In this document: one piece after another, positions 38,094-51,410 of the stretch
Position numbering within the stretch: position 1 is the stretch's first letter
How the letters are laid out: each line of letters starts with the position of its first letter
Assembly: GCA_008632985.1 (NCBI GenBank)
Contig: QPGO01000070.1
Location: 124,001-188,000 of the forward strand
Direction: 5' to 3'
Source of the DNA: Psammoneis japonica
Taxonomy: Eukaryota
Length of the DNA stretch: 64,000 bases
Program-made: the position numbers and the translations under genes
The notes under the pieces: model-generated
What the model saw: only the letters and a program-made list of their open reading frames with translations
Told to the model about the DNA's origin: nothing
Databases searched by the model: none

Positions 38094-40589
38094 AATGCCT
38101 TCCGCCTTGTCCTTTTTGTCAATGGTGAACTCACTGACAAAACGGTGTCCTTCCTTCTCTCACTTGCTGCTTGGTGCCTTGTTTGCCAGTGTTGTTGTCT
38201 GGTTGAGCAGGGGCAGTGGTGTTTTGAATTTTTGCAAGCAGCCTTTTTTTCCTTCCTGGTGCACTCTTTCTTTGGACCCGGCCATCTCACTCTTGACGAC
38301 ATGAGATTTCATTTCACCCGGTTGTGTCAGCAACAACTTGCCATGTTTCTGACACAACATTGTTGGCCAATGGGCAAATTTCCGGCATCCGTTCACAGAA
38401 CACTTCCGCACCATTCTCTGAAAATGCCTGTTCCACCAAATCAAATGGTGCCCAGTCTTTTTTTTTAAGTGGAGCAGACCCAATCCAGCGAAAGTCCACA
38501 TCCATTGCTGCACAACGAAAATGCCTTTCTCACCAAATGTGTGTTGCCAATGGCAGTCTGTCTGTTGGGTGCACCACAGACATTTTTTTCGTAAATGGTC
38601 CCGTGTGATGTGTTGCCAACCGCAGTCCATCTGTCGGGTGCACCACAGACGTTTTTTTCCTAAACAGTCCCGTGTGATGTGATCTTCGTCGATCCTGTTC
38701 ACTGCATGATCTCATTAAATGGGTCATCCCAGCCATCTCAAAAGTGCAGAAAACAATTTTGTTGCACACTGTCCTGCCATTGCTTTTGTGAGACATTTTC
38801 ACATCGCCGCCGTGGCAGACACAAAGGAACAGCTGCCATCCACTGTTCATTGCGCACCACAAACAAACTCTTTTGGAAGAAAGCACATGATGAACAATTG
38901 CACATGATGGGCATCACTTTTTTGTCAATGCACCTGTCTGTCAACAGAGCAATTTGGGGTCACTTTTTTGTTGTTGCAGCTGTGTGTTGACAAAGCAATT
39001 TGGTGTCACTTTTCCATCATTGCACACATTTGTCAACAGAAGAATTTGGTGTCAGGTTTTTGTCAATGCATGTGTCTGCCAATGCATGCCTTTGGCATCA
39101 CTTTTTTGTTCACACACTTGATGCTAGCCTGCACATTGTCGTGGCACAAAGTGCATCTCCCGCAGCAAACCACATTCTCCCAAATCTTGTCCAAGTCGCT
39201 GACCAACTCATGTTGGCAGCGAACAGATGATGTTTGGGCAACTCTGTCTCTTGTCCTCCACAGCCTTGTCATTCCCTTTGCAAAACAACAACCTCAAAAT
39301 GACTCCACCCCAAAGAATGCCACCCAGCCCCTTTCCTGTTACGCCACATCACCGAAATGGAACCGACGAATCTCTTTTTCGTCTGACACATCGTGCTTCT
39401 TTCCCGATGACATTCCACTTGACTCAACCTGCAGCGTTGGCCAATGATCCATCTGGCCGTTGTCCCCCGCTGGTGCATCTGGCCACGTTTGGCACAGAAA
39501 ACAGCCTTGACACCAAATTGAGGCTGTGTCATTCTCCCACACGTTGGGCAAACAAACGCGGTCATGTTCATTCGTCACTCAAAAAAGGGGTTTGACAGAT
39601 CACTCAATCCGCGGCATTGTGCTGATGATGTTTGATGCAAAAATCTTTACGTTCGAGAGCAGTGGGAAGAACAATGTGTGCAACCCAAACCACCTTGGTG
39701 AATTTGCAAAATGGCCGGCACACCCAAGCTGCGTTAGATTGGCTTTGAAGGAGGCAGCCCTCCTGGAGCTGGCTCAACGAAAGAAAAAAGGCATGCAAAA
39801 AAATCATTGATGCTTGCTGCTTCCAAACCAAAAATTTCAAAAGATCTGCAGCGGCACAGGTGAGGGATTGCATCTTGTGCACCACTTCAAATTCCCATCT
39901 GTTTCTCACCTGACAAAATCATTGTTGATGTTTCCTAGAATGAAAGCCATGCTGCCAAAACTCCAACGATTGCAGCTGGTGTTGACTCCGGTGTGGAGGT
40001 TGCCAATGATGACAACAATGACACAACATGGGTGGAGATGGATGTCATGGATGACGAACATCAAATTTTGACTGTTGCAGACAGTGAAGAAGTTTTGCCG
40101 GCAAGGAATTTCATCTGTCACACTGCTTCCATTTCCCATCTGTTCCCTGCCTCGATGGTCAGCCCCAATGAACTCAGGAACATCCACAGGACTGTCCTCT
40201 CCAAGGGCGGATGCACCATCATCTGCAAACAAAACAAATTGGCGGGCGTTTTGGGAGGCTGCGCTGGCGGCAGCAATGTTGGCGGCTGAACGCAATCGAC
40301 CAGAGCATCTGACGGAGGGTGGGCGCAGTCCATTTCCGGCAGAGGGAGGACAAGCTGGAGAAGAACTGTCCACTGGTGTGGGAGGAGATGGAGCTGGATT
40401 CCAAAGGACTTCGGGGAGGGGAGGAGGGGGTTTGTCGTCGGAGAAACCAAACCAGCAGGATCATCATGGTCGTCCAGTGATGCATCGTCTGGAGGGGGAA
40501 AGTGCACTGGCAGCAGCAGAAGATGCGGCATGCAGGCAAAGGGACATTTCCTCCTTTTCACGGCAGGGCAAGTGCTTCTGTAGATGAAG

Positions 40590-40965
40590 GGCGATGTTGG
40601 AAAAGGGGGCACGGCAATGGGGGCATTTGGGTTTGTTGGTGTTGGATCCAAGGGAGCCAATGGAGGCGGAATCCAGAGGATGAGAGGAAAGAGATGTTCC
40701 GCCAGATGAAGAAGACAATTGGGCTGTGCAGCGCAACTGTGTCAATGGGGGAAGGAGACCAGATGCTGCAGTGCAGTGCCAAGATGGGTGACACTGCACA
40801 TTGTTTTCGGAGTCAAATCCACGTTGTCTGCAATGAGGACAACCAAAAGACTTGGTGGAAACGGCGGAATGGAGGCAGTTAGTTGCGATGTGCCTGCTGA
40901 GACCATGCTCGGAAAAGAAACCAGCTCGTTTGCACCATGGACAAACAAGGCCATCAGACGACATG
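40590..40965 (-). pseudogene. Tandem C2H2/C2HC zinc fingers at the start of a degenerate TE ORF
   Basis: CPWCKRAGFFSEHGLSRHIATNC, CPHCRQRGFDSENNVQCH, CPHCRAPFSNIALHLQKH. Confidence 0.65.
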
Positions 40966-42289
40966 GCCGATGTGCAGAGACGAAGGAGTTGAGAAGAGAA
41001 TCGAAAGGGAACAGTGTGTGCAGCAACAATCACTTGGGGACACAGTGAGGGCAGAAACACAGAGAAACAACGTGCGATCGACATGGAAGGTGTCATGGAT
41101 GGATGGGAAGGAAGGATGGAATGGGCAGGGAGAGAAAATTGAGAAGACAGTTAGAGTCCACATTGATGGATGCAGGCGGCGATTTTGATCCAGAAAGTTG
41201 AATGACACACAATCCAGAAACCAAGGTGGAATCAAATGTGCACATGAGGCTTGTCGGATGGGGGGGGGGGCAAACAGCCAAATTGAGGAAAATGGATGTT
41301 TGTTGTTGAACATTTCAGAAAAGCTGACTTGACAAATCAGCACGAGATCTTGGATTGAAGGGAGAGAATATTGGGTTCTATTTCAAGAAATCTTGACAGC
41401 TGGTGCGACACCTGGATCATTGGCGTCCCAGATGCGGCGTGCTTCTAAGATCATCTGAATGATTGTTGCAGGTGCTGGGAGTGTCTTCCATCATGTTGTG
41501 TGGCTGATTCTGCTGCAAAGGTTTTGGCAATGGCTGGGCCACTTTTGCAACTGGCTCTGAGCTTGGTTCTTGTCTGGGCTGCTGGCCTTGTCCCTGCTGT
41601 TGGCTGGATGAGGGCTGGACTTGTTGAAATCACAGTTGACGGTTTTCTTGCTCATGGTGAATTGCGCTGCACTCTTGTCCATTTAAATGGACTGTCTCAG
41701 GTTTGGACACAAGTTGTTGGTTTGGGAACTCAAGCTGGAGTTGGGCTTGGGATGCAAGGCTTGCTGACCCCTTGATGCTTGACCTCATTTCTGGCTGCTG
41801 TGCAGTTGCATTGCAGTTTTGACAAGGTGGCAAAGACAAATCTGAATGGTCGATGTGGTGCAGACTCTTGCAGCATTGGACTTGATTGCTGAGACAGAGC
41901 CCACGTGGGTCATTTGATTTGACTTGGAAATTTCTCCATGATTTGCGACATCATGCTTTTTTGGACAATGACAGCCAGCTCCAATTCTGTGAACTTGGCA
42001 ACAGTCTGAGCATTGTCTTCTTCCAATGGCAATGGCGTGCAACCAATTGGATCATTGAGCTGATGGGTGCATTGCAAAAAAGGTTGGACAGCATCGTTCT
42101 GAGGCTTTTTGAGTGACTCTGCAACAACAGCCTTTTTTGGCATCTGCTGCAATGTCTTGGGACATTTTCATCAATGACACGACCTCTTCACATGCCACTT
42201 TGAAGGTGTCTTGGCTGCAATCTTTACACTGTTCAAGTGCAGCACACCTGGCAGTCACTTTTTGGCATGCCTGACAGGAGGCAGCCAAC

Positions 42290-45200
42290 ATCAGAGGTGG
42301 CAACACAGTGGTTTCCACTTTCCTTTGTAAAATTTTGAGTGTGCATTGTCAAAATTGTCAGCAAGCAACTTAAAAAATGCCAGCAAAAGTGCTTGACAAA
42401 ATGAAGCTGTTTTTTGCATTTCATCTGATGTCTCATTAACTTTTCTTGCACAAGCTTCAATCAAATGCATGCAATGTTCAAGTCAATCAGGAACAAAATC
42501 TGTTTTTTGTCATGCATGGTTTGGTTTCCTTTTGATCGCAATCAATTTGAACTTGGTTTTCACTTCGTCCTCCTCACTCACGTGTGTGTGTCTTTGCACG
42601 TGTGCAGCCTGCAGCAGCACTTCACACACGCACGTGACCCACCTTCATTTTTCTTCACTTTTGTGCAGCCCGTTGGGTCTGCGGCGTTTTCTGCATGTGT
42701 TTTGCACGCGCAATTTTCCACACATTTCACAACAGCACACGCTCTCCCCAAAGTTTGAAAAATGAGAGCGTGCGCTGTTGTGACTCACGTGGATCCTGCG
42801 TGTGGTCGCAAATCTGCAAATCGACAACCGGCCATGGCAGTGAAAGACTTTGCCCCATTGGCCGATGACAGCAGCTCAACGCATGGTGACACCTGCCATC
42901 CTTCTAGTTGGTCAAGATGGGGTTTTATTTGGGCGCAGCTTGAATTTTGTGATCCTGAGTGTGCTGTCATGCACACATGGCCGTTGCTGGTCACAGAATT
43001 GACCATGTTGTGCAGCCACACTTTCAGCCACAGAAGTTGCAGAGGTGCTTTCATTCACAAGAGTTGGGAGCTGCTCCCCAAAACATGTGATGCAGCATGC
43101 ACAATGACAGAGACAATGACAAACACCACACATTTCATGTGTTGGCATGCCCTGCTGTCTTTCACAGCTTTGAAATGTCAAGTGTGGACACTTGTGATCA
43201 ATGCTTTTGTTGTGCATCCTCATGAGCTTTGACAGTTGTGCAGAATTTTCTCAAAGAAAACAACCACCTGTGCTGCTGCTGCAGCTTTCAATGCACTCCT
43301 GGACAAGAGCCCCAGCACCTCAAACAGAGCAGCTGCACAAGGCAGCTGGATCAAGAATCAAGAAGATGGCTCCAACAAAGAGATCACACAGACAAAAAAG
43401 TGATGAAAAAAGTGCTGCACTGTTGGGTTGTGAGACTCGACTTTGCCAAACAGTCAGCACTGACCTCATGCATGAATCCCCAGCCAATGATGTCCTGCTC
43501 CTTGGAAGAGGCAGCCCCCCATGCCACAACACAATTGCTGGGGAGCATGCAGACAATGTGCACACAAGAACACATCATGCACCACCTGCAATGCCCACCT
43601 GACTCTGCACCTCCCGACACACCCTGGATCACTGCATCAGAGCATGCAATGTGGTGATCATCACACATTTTTCATTGTGATTTTTGTTCCTTTCACAGAC
43701 AATTTTTTTGTGGTTTCAAACCTCACCAGTTGTGCAGCTGGCAATGACATGTCAACTGTGATGGATTGACATTTTTGTGCTGTGGGATCAGAACCCCCTC
43801 CCCATGAGAAAAAATGTTTCACCATGAAAAAGGGACACGTTTTCCCCATGAGAGTGCCCACCCTCCATCCCTGCAAAACCTGTAAATTAAAATCATTTGC
43901 ATTGCACCATGAACATTCCATTTTGTTGTTCACAACATTCAAATTAAATGACGCCGACGGAGACAACACCCCAGAGTCTGCAGCAATTGCAGCTCACTTT
44001 CTTCAAGTGCCGCTGCTTGCAGCCACCTTGTTCATTGCCAAAAAAGTGCAAAATGCGTTGTGAGAGCACAATGTGGATGAACTGACACCACCAACAGGAA
44101 CAGCAACACAGACTTGCCGGTGCATCCGGCGCCGCCGATTCTGGAGCAGGTGAGTTTGTAGCAGCTGCTGCAGTTCTCTTTCTTGAAGAGCCACTGCCAG
44201 TGCCAGCAGCCACCTTGTTCATTGTCGAACGGTGCAGAAAACGTTGTGAGAGCACAACAAAGATGAGCCAACCACAACCAATGGAGACGTCAATGCACAG
44301 ACTTGCCTGTGCACCCAGCGCCGCTGATTCTGGACCAGGTGAAGCAACACTGCTCTGATCCACCTCATTCATTGCAAAGAAGTGCAAAATGCTTTGTGAG
44401 AGCACACAGGACAACAACAGCAATCAATTGAAACCGCAACACAGACTTGCTGGTGCATCCACCGTGGCCAATTCAGTCGCTTCTGCCGCCGGTTCCCGAC
44501 CCCTTGAAGCCGATTCAGGACCATGTGAAGCAACATTGCTCTGATCCACCTCATTCATTGCAAAGAAATGTGGGGTGCTTTGTGAGAGTGCACGGGACAA
44601 CAACAGCAACCAATTGAAACCTCAACGTAGACTTGCAGGTGCACCCGCCACCGCCGCCGATTTGGGAGCTTCTGCCACCGGTTCCCGACCCATCGACATG
44701 GAATTGGCAGCTGCCGTGGTTGTTGCAGTCGACCCCCCCTGCTGCTCTTGATCACAAACAGTGGAGAGACTTGGGAAGCCTTTAAAAATGAGCCCAACAA
44801 CTCAGGCAACTTCCAATGGGTTGCCTCCCCACTCTCTGCCTCTGCAGTCTTTCTGGATCTGGGTGCAGAAATTGGAGAAGACGGGTGCAACGTAAGTGAA
44901 CACATCAAAAACAAGTGAAGCTTCTCTTTTTGTGCATGCCTTTTTTGAAGAGTGTCACACATGGCAAAGAACTTTTCACATGTGTGATTCTGAGAGCTGC
45001 AGGAACAAGCACCGCCTGCAGTCTTTCTGGGTCTGGACACAGAAATTGGAGAAGACGGATGTGTTGTCAGCGAATGCATCAAAAACCAACGAACCTCTTT
45101 TTGTACATGCCTTGTTTGGACAGTGCAATTCATGGCAACTTGTGATGATTCTGGATGCAAAACTCTGACATGCGTGATTGCAACAATGCTGCAGAAAAGT

Positions 45201-45955
45201 GAGTTTGTGACATGCATGCACACAACACACAACAACATGCCAGCAGCTCAGCATTCTGGATGCGGCAGATTCGTGACAGCACACTCGCGATCACAAAATT
45301 CAAGCTGCGCCCGAATGAAACCCCATCTTGACCAACCAGAAGGATGGAAGGCATCACCACACATTGAGCTGCTGTCATCGGCCAATGGGGCAAAGTCTTT
45401 CACCACCATGGCCGGTTGTCGATTTGCAGATTTGCGACCACACGTGGGATCCACGTGAATCACAACAGCACGCGCTCTCGTTTTTCAAACTTTGGGGAGG
45501 AGAGGGTGTGCTGTTGTGAAATGTGCAGAAAATTGCACATGCAAAACACATGCTGAAAACACCGTAGACCAACAGGCTGTGCAAAAGTGAAGAAAAATGA
45601 AGGTGGGTCACGTGCGTGCGTGAAGTGCTGCAGACTGCACACGTGCAAAGACACACACACGTGAGTGAGGAGGACAAAGTTAAAACCAAGTTCAAATTGA
45701 TTACGATCAAAAGGAAACCAAACCATGCACAACAAAAAATGGATTTTGATCCCAGCTGAACCAAACATTGCATGCATTTGATTGAAGCTTGTGCAAGAAA
45801 AGTTAATGAGACATCAGACAAAATGCAAAAAACAGCTTCATTTTGTCAAGCACTTTTGCTGGCATTTTTTAAGTTCTGCTTGTTGACAATTTTAACAATG
45901 CACACTCAAAATTTTACAAAGGAAAGTGGGGGCCACTGCATTGTCGCCTCTGATG
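42290..45955. mobile_element. Element bounded by inverted arms of about 680 bp (42290-42970 and 45275-45955)
   Basis: cactttcctttgtaaaattttgagtgtgcattg at 42316 vs its reverse complement near 45895-45928. Similarity is continuous across the arms. Confidence 0.75.
44020..44640. repeat. Internal degenerate tandem repeat, about 4 units of 150-190 bp (mirrored at about 48480-49090)
   Basis: Recurring ttcattgc..a...tgtgagagcaca...cagacttgc..gtgca.cc. Confidence 0.75.
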
Positions 45956-46941
45956 TGCTGAAGCACGTGCGCACTTCTTGCTCCTGGGACCAAGCCAAAG
46001 ACAAGATCAGACGTGTTCCAGCCGCACGTGAACCAAATCGTGCACAAAAACGACATTTGCGCGATTTTTGCGCGGTCCCTAACTTCCGATCGAACTTTCA
46101 CCACCAAAAGTATAGATTTATACAAATGTGGATGTTTTGAAACACTAACAAGACTCGTGTGAGTGTTGCAATATCATTGTTATTGTGGTATCTATGTTTT
46201 TCATTGCGTTAAGAGATTCGTAACACAACGGATGATTTTCGGCGAAAATATTGCCGTTATTCGCATGTTACCTAAATATATATTTCTACAATGCTACTTG
46301 GTAGGTTTTCTACCTACAAAGAAATCTCAGTATAAATATACTGACGAACAATCAGTATTGAGTCTACTGAGGAAGTTTATGATATTTACCCATGAAGACT
46401 TGAATACCCCTCAAAAAACTATTTAAATGCTCATACTCTAGAAGCCTATAAAAGTCAATCCGTCTAAGTATTTTATATGAAAATGATTCATACACTAAAA
46501 GATATATAAATTATGTTCAAAATCGATTGTCGTTTTGTGCGTCACCTGGGACTGGAACACGTCATCAGTGCTGGGCTCTCAGGGCAGAGCCCTGCACACT
46601 TTGAGTTGGCCAAATTTGACAAGACACTGGCAAACTTTCCCTTTTTGTTGCTGGCTGCTTCCCAAATGTTGGCAACAGGGGGCAGATCTTCTTGCTCCAA
46701 AGACCAAAGAAAAAAAGTTTTGGGAAGGAAAATGGCGTGCAGTGCTGGGGCTCAGATTTGGATTGCAAGGGACATCAGAGGCAGCAACATGGTGGTTTTC
46801 ACTTTCCTTTGTAAAATTTTGAGTGTGCATTGTCAAAATTGTCAACAAGCAGAACTTGACAAATGCCAGCAAAAGTGCTTGACAAAATGAAGCTGTTTTT
46901 TGCATTTTGTCTGATGTCTCATTGACTTTTCTTGCACAAGC

Positions 46942-47324
46942 GACAGGTTCTGGGTGGGACTTTTTGTGACATTTGCCCCGTAGAATGCTGCGTGTGAGCT
47001 CTGCAGTTTGTGCTCTGGTCAATGGACATGTTTGTCTTCGACACAAAAAAAACGGCCAAGTTTGCAGTGCATGTGTCCCTGTTCGCACTCGAGGTTTTGG
47101 ACAATGCGCCTGCCCTGCGCCATTCTTAAGACACTCGAGAATGGCGTAGAAGAAAAAAATGTTAAAAGTTGTTCAATGGACAGCCTGACAATTGTGCTAT
47201 AAAATCATACAAAATTTTGCCAAAATCACGTAGAAATGTACGTGCGCGACATGCGGCGCGATTCAAAAAACTGTCGATGTCACAGTTCAGCAGTGCAAGG
47301 TCCCACCCAGACCTGGAATGCGTC
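46942..47324. mobile_element. MITE-family copy inserted in the right IR arm, TSD AAGC
   Basis: Empty site cacaagcttcaa at 42449. Filled site cacaagc|gac...gcgtc|aagcttcaa. Confidence 0.88.
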
Positions 47325-50164
47325 AAGCTTCAATCAAATGCATGCAATGTTTGGTTCAACTAGGATCAAAATCCATTTTTTGTTGTGCATGGTTTGGTTT
47401 CCTTTTGATCGCAATCAATTTGAACTTGGTTTTAACTTTGTCCTCCTCACTCACGTGTGTGTGTCTTTGCACGTGTGCAGTCTGCAGCACTTCACGCACG
47501 CACGTGACCCACCTTCATTTTTCTTCACTTTTGCACAGCCTGTTGGTCTACGGTGTTTTCAGCATGTGTTTTGCATGCGCAATTTTCTGCACATTTCACA
47601 ACAGCACACCCTCTCCTCCCCAAAGTTTGAAAAACGAGAGCGCGTGCTGTTGTGATTCACACGTGGATCCCACGTGTGGTCGCAAATCTGCAAATCGACA
47701 ACCGGCCATGGCGGTGAAAGACTTTGCCCCATTGGCCGATGACAGCAGCTCAATGTGTGGTTGTGCCTGCCATCCTTCTGGTTGGTCAAGATGGGGTTTC
47801 ATTCGGGCGCAGCTTGAATTTTGTGATCGCCAGTGTGCTGTCACGAATCTGCCGCATCCAGAATGCTGAGCTGCTGGCATGTTGTTGTGTGTTGTGTGCA
47901 CGCACATCACAAACTCACTTTTCTGCAGCGTTGTTGCAATCACGCATGTCAGAGTTTTGCATCCAGAATCATCACAAGTTGCCATGAATTGCACTGTCTC
48001 CAAACAAGGCATGTGCAAAAAGAGGTTCGTTGGTTTTTGATGCATTCGCTGACAACACATCCGTCTTCTCCAATTTCTGTGTCCAGACCCAGAAAGACTG
48101 CAGGCGGTGCTTGTTCCTGCAGCTCTCAGAATCACACATGTGAAAAGTTCTTTGCCACATGTGACACTCTTCAAAAAAGGCATGCACAAAAAGAGCTTCA
48201 TTTGTTTTTGATGTGTTCACTTACGTTGCATCCGTCTTCTCCAATTTCTACATCCAGATCCAGAAAGACTGCAGAGGTGGAGAGTGGGGAGGCAACCCAT
48301 TGGAGGTTGCCTGAGTTGTTGGGCTCATTTTTAAAGGCTTCCCAAGTCTCTCCGCTGTTTGTGGTCAAGAGCAGCAGGGGGGGTCGACTGCAACAACCGC
48401 AGCAGCTGCCAATTCCATGTCGATGGGTCGGGAACCGGTGGCAGAAGCTCCCAAATCGGTGGCGGCGGATGCACCTGCAAGTCCACATTGAGGTTTCAAT
48501 TGGTTGCTGTTGTTGTCCTGTGCACTCTTACAAAGCATTTTGCATTTCTTTGCAATGAATGAGGTGGGTCAGAGCAATGTTGCTTCACATGGTCCTGAAT
48601 CGGCTTCGCGGGGTCGGGAACCGGCGGCAGAAGCAACCGAATTGGCCATGGCAGATGCACCAGCAAGTCCATGTTGCAGTTTCAATTGGTTGCTGTTGTT
48701 GTCCCATGCACTCTCACAAAGTGTTTTGCACTTCTTTGCAATGAATGAGGTGGATCAGAGCAGCGTCACTTCACCTGGTCCAGAGTCAGTGGCGCTGAAC
48801 ACACAGGCAATTCTGTGCATTGATGTCTCCATTGGTTGTGGTTGGCTCATCTTTGTCATGCTCTCACAATGTTTTCCACACCATTCGGCAATGAACAAGG
48901 TGGCTGCCAGTGCTGGCAGCGGCTCTTTAAGAAAGAGAGCTGCAGCAGCTGCTGCAAACTCGCCTGCTCCAGAATCGGTGGTGCCGGATGCACCAGTGAG
49001 TCCATGTTGCTGTTCCTGTTGGTGGTGTCAGTTCATCCACATTGCACTCTCACAACACATTCTGCACTTTTTTGGCAATGAACAAGGTGGCTGCAAGCAG
49101 TGGCACTCAAAGAAAGTGAGCTGCAACTGCTGCTGCAGACTCCAGGGTGTTGTCTCCATTGGCATCATTCAATTTAAATGCAAACAACAAAATAGAATGT
49201 TCATGGTGCAACGCAAATGATTTCAATTTACAGGTTTTGCAGGGACAGAGGGCGGGCACTCTCACAGGGAAAACGTGCCCCTGTTTCATGGTGAAACATT
49301 TTTTCTCATGGGGAGGGGGGGTCTGATCCCACAGCACAAAATGTCAATCTGTCACAGTTGACATGTCATTGCCAGCTACACAACTGATGAGGTTTGAAAC
49401 CACAAAAAAATTGTCTGTGAAAGGAGTGAAAATCACAATGAAAAGATGTGTGATGATCACTGTGTTGCGCGCTCTGATGAACAAGACGGAAATGTGACAC
49501 ACACCAGGAGCCCTTCACCGACATCCAGACACAGGGTGTTGACATTTTCATCAAATGACTTGTCTGAGCACTCTGGGTGAACAACGCCCCCGCAAGGGCA
49601 GTTTTGTGCTGACATGGCCGTTCAGAACAAAATTCACAGAACCAGAAGATGTCAGATGGGTGGCTTCATGTGCAGAAGCTGCTGAGGTCAAGGCAGACAG
49701 ATGGATAGAATCGATGGGGAGCAAATTTACCATGCCCTGTGGCGCCAGATGACAGTTACAAAGTGGTTGAAAAGAAGTTGACTGACAATCGAATTCTTGA
49801 GCCAAAGTGAGAGATGAGCTTTAGAACCGCGTTCTCAAAGGTCCACGTAGGGAACACGTAGACGACCTATTGAGAGATCTTGAAATGACTTATGGATGAC
49901 CCTTTATCAGTACTGTACATACTGTAGGTTGCAGTCAATGCATGGAGATCGCACTGTACTGCACCTACTACTTAAGAGCAATGAGAACCTTGGACAGAAT
50001 CGAATCCGAGCCATAAGAAGCCATAAGTCATTGGTAACAATTATGGCGTTGATGTTAACAAACACAGGGATAATAGGCCAGGTGGTGAGTCACACGGCAA
50101 AAACTCCAAAACACCAATTCCAAATTTTCAATACAAGGAAAGCATCAGCCAAGCAGAACACACC

Positions 50165-51410
50165 ATGACGACGCCGACGAAACTCAGCACTGCCTTCGTA
50201 ATCCTTTCAATATTGTCAGGTGCATTCTTTTACCTCCACCATGAGAGAGAACTTTGGCAAGCTAAAGACGAATCATCCCTCACCCTTGTACACGACGATG
50301 CGAACCACTCGACATCGAACTTCTCGTACCTCCTCGATACCGTCGACCAATCCACACTCGCAGAGCTGCAAGAAAAGTTGCTGCATCCCAAGCCTCTACT
50401 GGTTTACGCTGGGGTCAATTCATCCAAAGTCGATTTCGTACCAAATCAATTTCTGCATTTGCGTCACATGAAGACGGGGGGAACATCCTTGGAAAAGTTG
50501 ATTCGGTGCGGAATCAAACGCTTACAGCCAACAGCACCCCCAATGAAGACACTGCATGCTTGTCACGAGACTGAATATCGTCCATGTTGGACTGGACAAG
50601 ACGAGGTATGCCTCAATTCCGTAAGACAGGCGGCCGTTATGAGTTTCTGTGCTCCCTTGTGTGATTTACAAAATCCTTTCCAGTGGCTAAAGAACGGTAC
50701 TACACCCAGCAGAGATGATGTCTTGACATTGTCGAATAATAAGGCTTCCCCACCATATGCTGCCGTGACGGTTCTGAGACACCCCATTGATCGTGTCTGG
50801 AGTATGTATCGATACCAAACTCAAAAATGCTATCAATGTCGAACGCTAAAAGAGGTATACGAAACATCGACAGAAACAAAAGCAGCAACGTGACAATGAT
50901 GAGTAATAGCATTGACAATGACATTTGCAGTGTTCAGCTCGTAAATCATCAGACACAGAATCTGCTGTTGCTTGATGAAAATGTTGTCAGGGGTAATGAC
51001 TTGCAATTGCAACAAGCTGTACAGAATCTGAAATCCTTCTTTACCATTGCAGGACTCACGGAAGAGCTAGCAGTGACGGCGCAAATGATTGGTAAAGTAT
51101 TTCCTTGGCTTGCGGAACGCGTTTCAATTGACAATATCACCGACATGATGCGCGCCGTTGACGACAATGGAAGCATCAACACTCTACCACCATCATCATC
51201 ATTATTCTCCTCGAAGCGCAACAAGAAGCTGAGAGAATGTCCCTTGACGCACGCCAACAAGTCACCTCGCCACAATCCTGTGGCAAACTACCACCAAAGC
51301 CAGATGCGGAAACTGAAAAATTAATTCTTGAGCACAATCAACTTGATTTACAACTCTACAATGCAGCCGTTCAGCACTTTGAACTCCAACGAGCCGTGTC
51401 GGGCATATAA
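50165..51410 (+). CDS. Golgi-type sulfotransferase-like protein; frameshifts near 50862 and 51275
   Basis: N-terminal TM, HMKTGGTS (5'-PSB), TVLRHPIDRVWSMY (3'-PB), GLTEEL, HNQLDLQLY. Confidence 0.82.

Larger units (their letters stand above)
34498..41434. mobile_element. Degenerate TIR element of about 6.9 kb with multi-gene cargo
   Basis: Exact inverted 15-mer catctgggacgccaa (34498-34512 and 41420-41434), extendable to about 25 bp when CpG decay is allowed. The interior is TA/CG-depleted. Confidence 0.7.
43650..49460. repeat. Large inverted repeat with arms 43650-45955 and 46772-49460
   Basis: Near-identical ORFs on opposite strands (44555-45238 minus vs 47833-48558 plus; 45460-45777 minus vs 47236-47655 plus). 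Confidence 0.92.

Noticed and set aside
44020..44640. CRISPR-like array
   Set aside because: Long degenerate tandem units without constant repeats and unique spacers, eukaryotic context, and no cas genes.
34100..49810. Numerous overlapping Cys/His-rich ORFs as real metal-binding proteins
   Set aside because: A by-product of TA loss, which removes TAA/TAG stops and turns Tyr into Cys/His.
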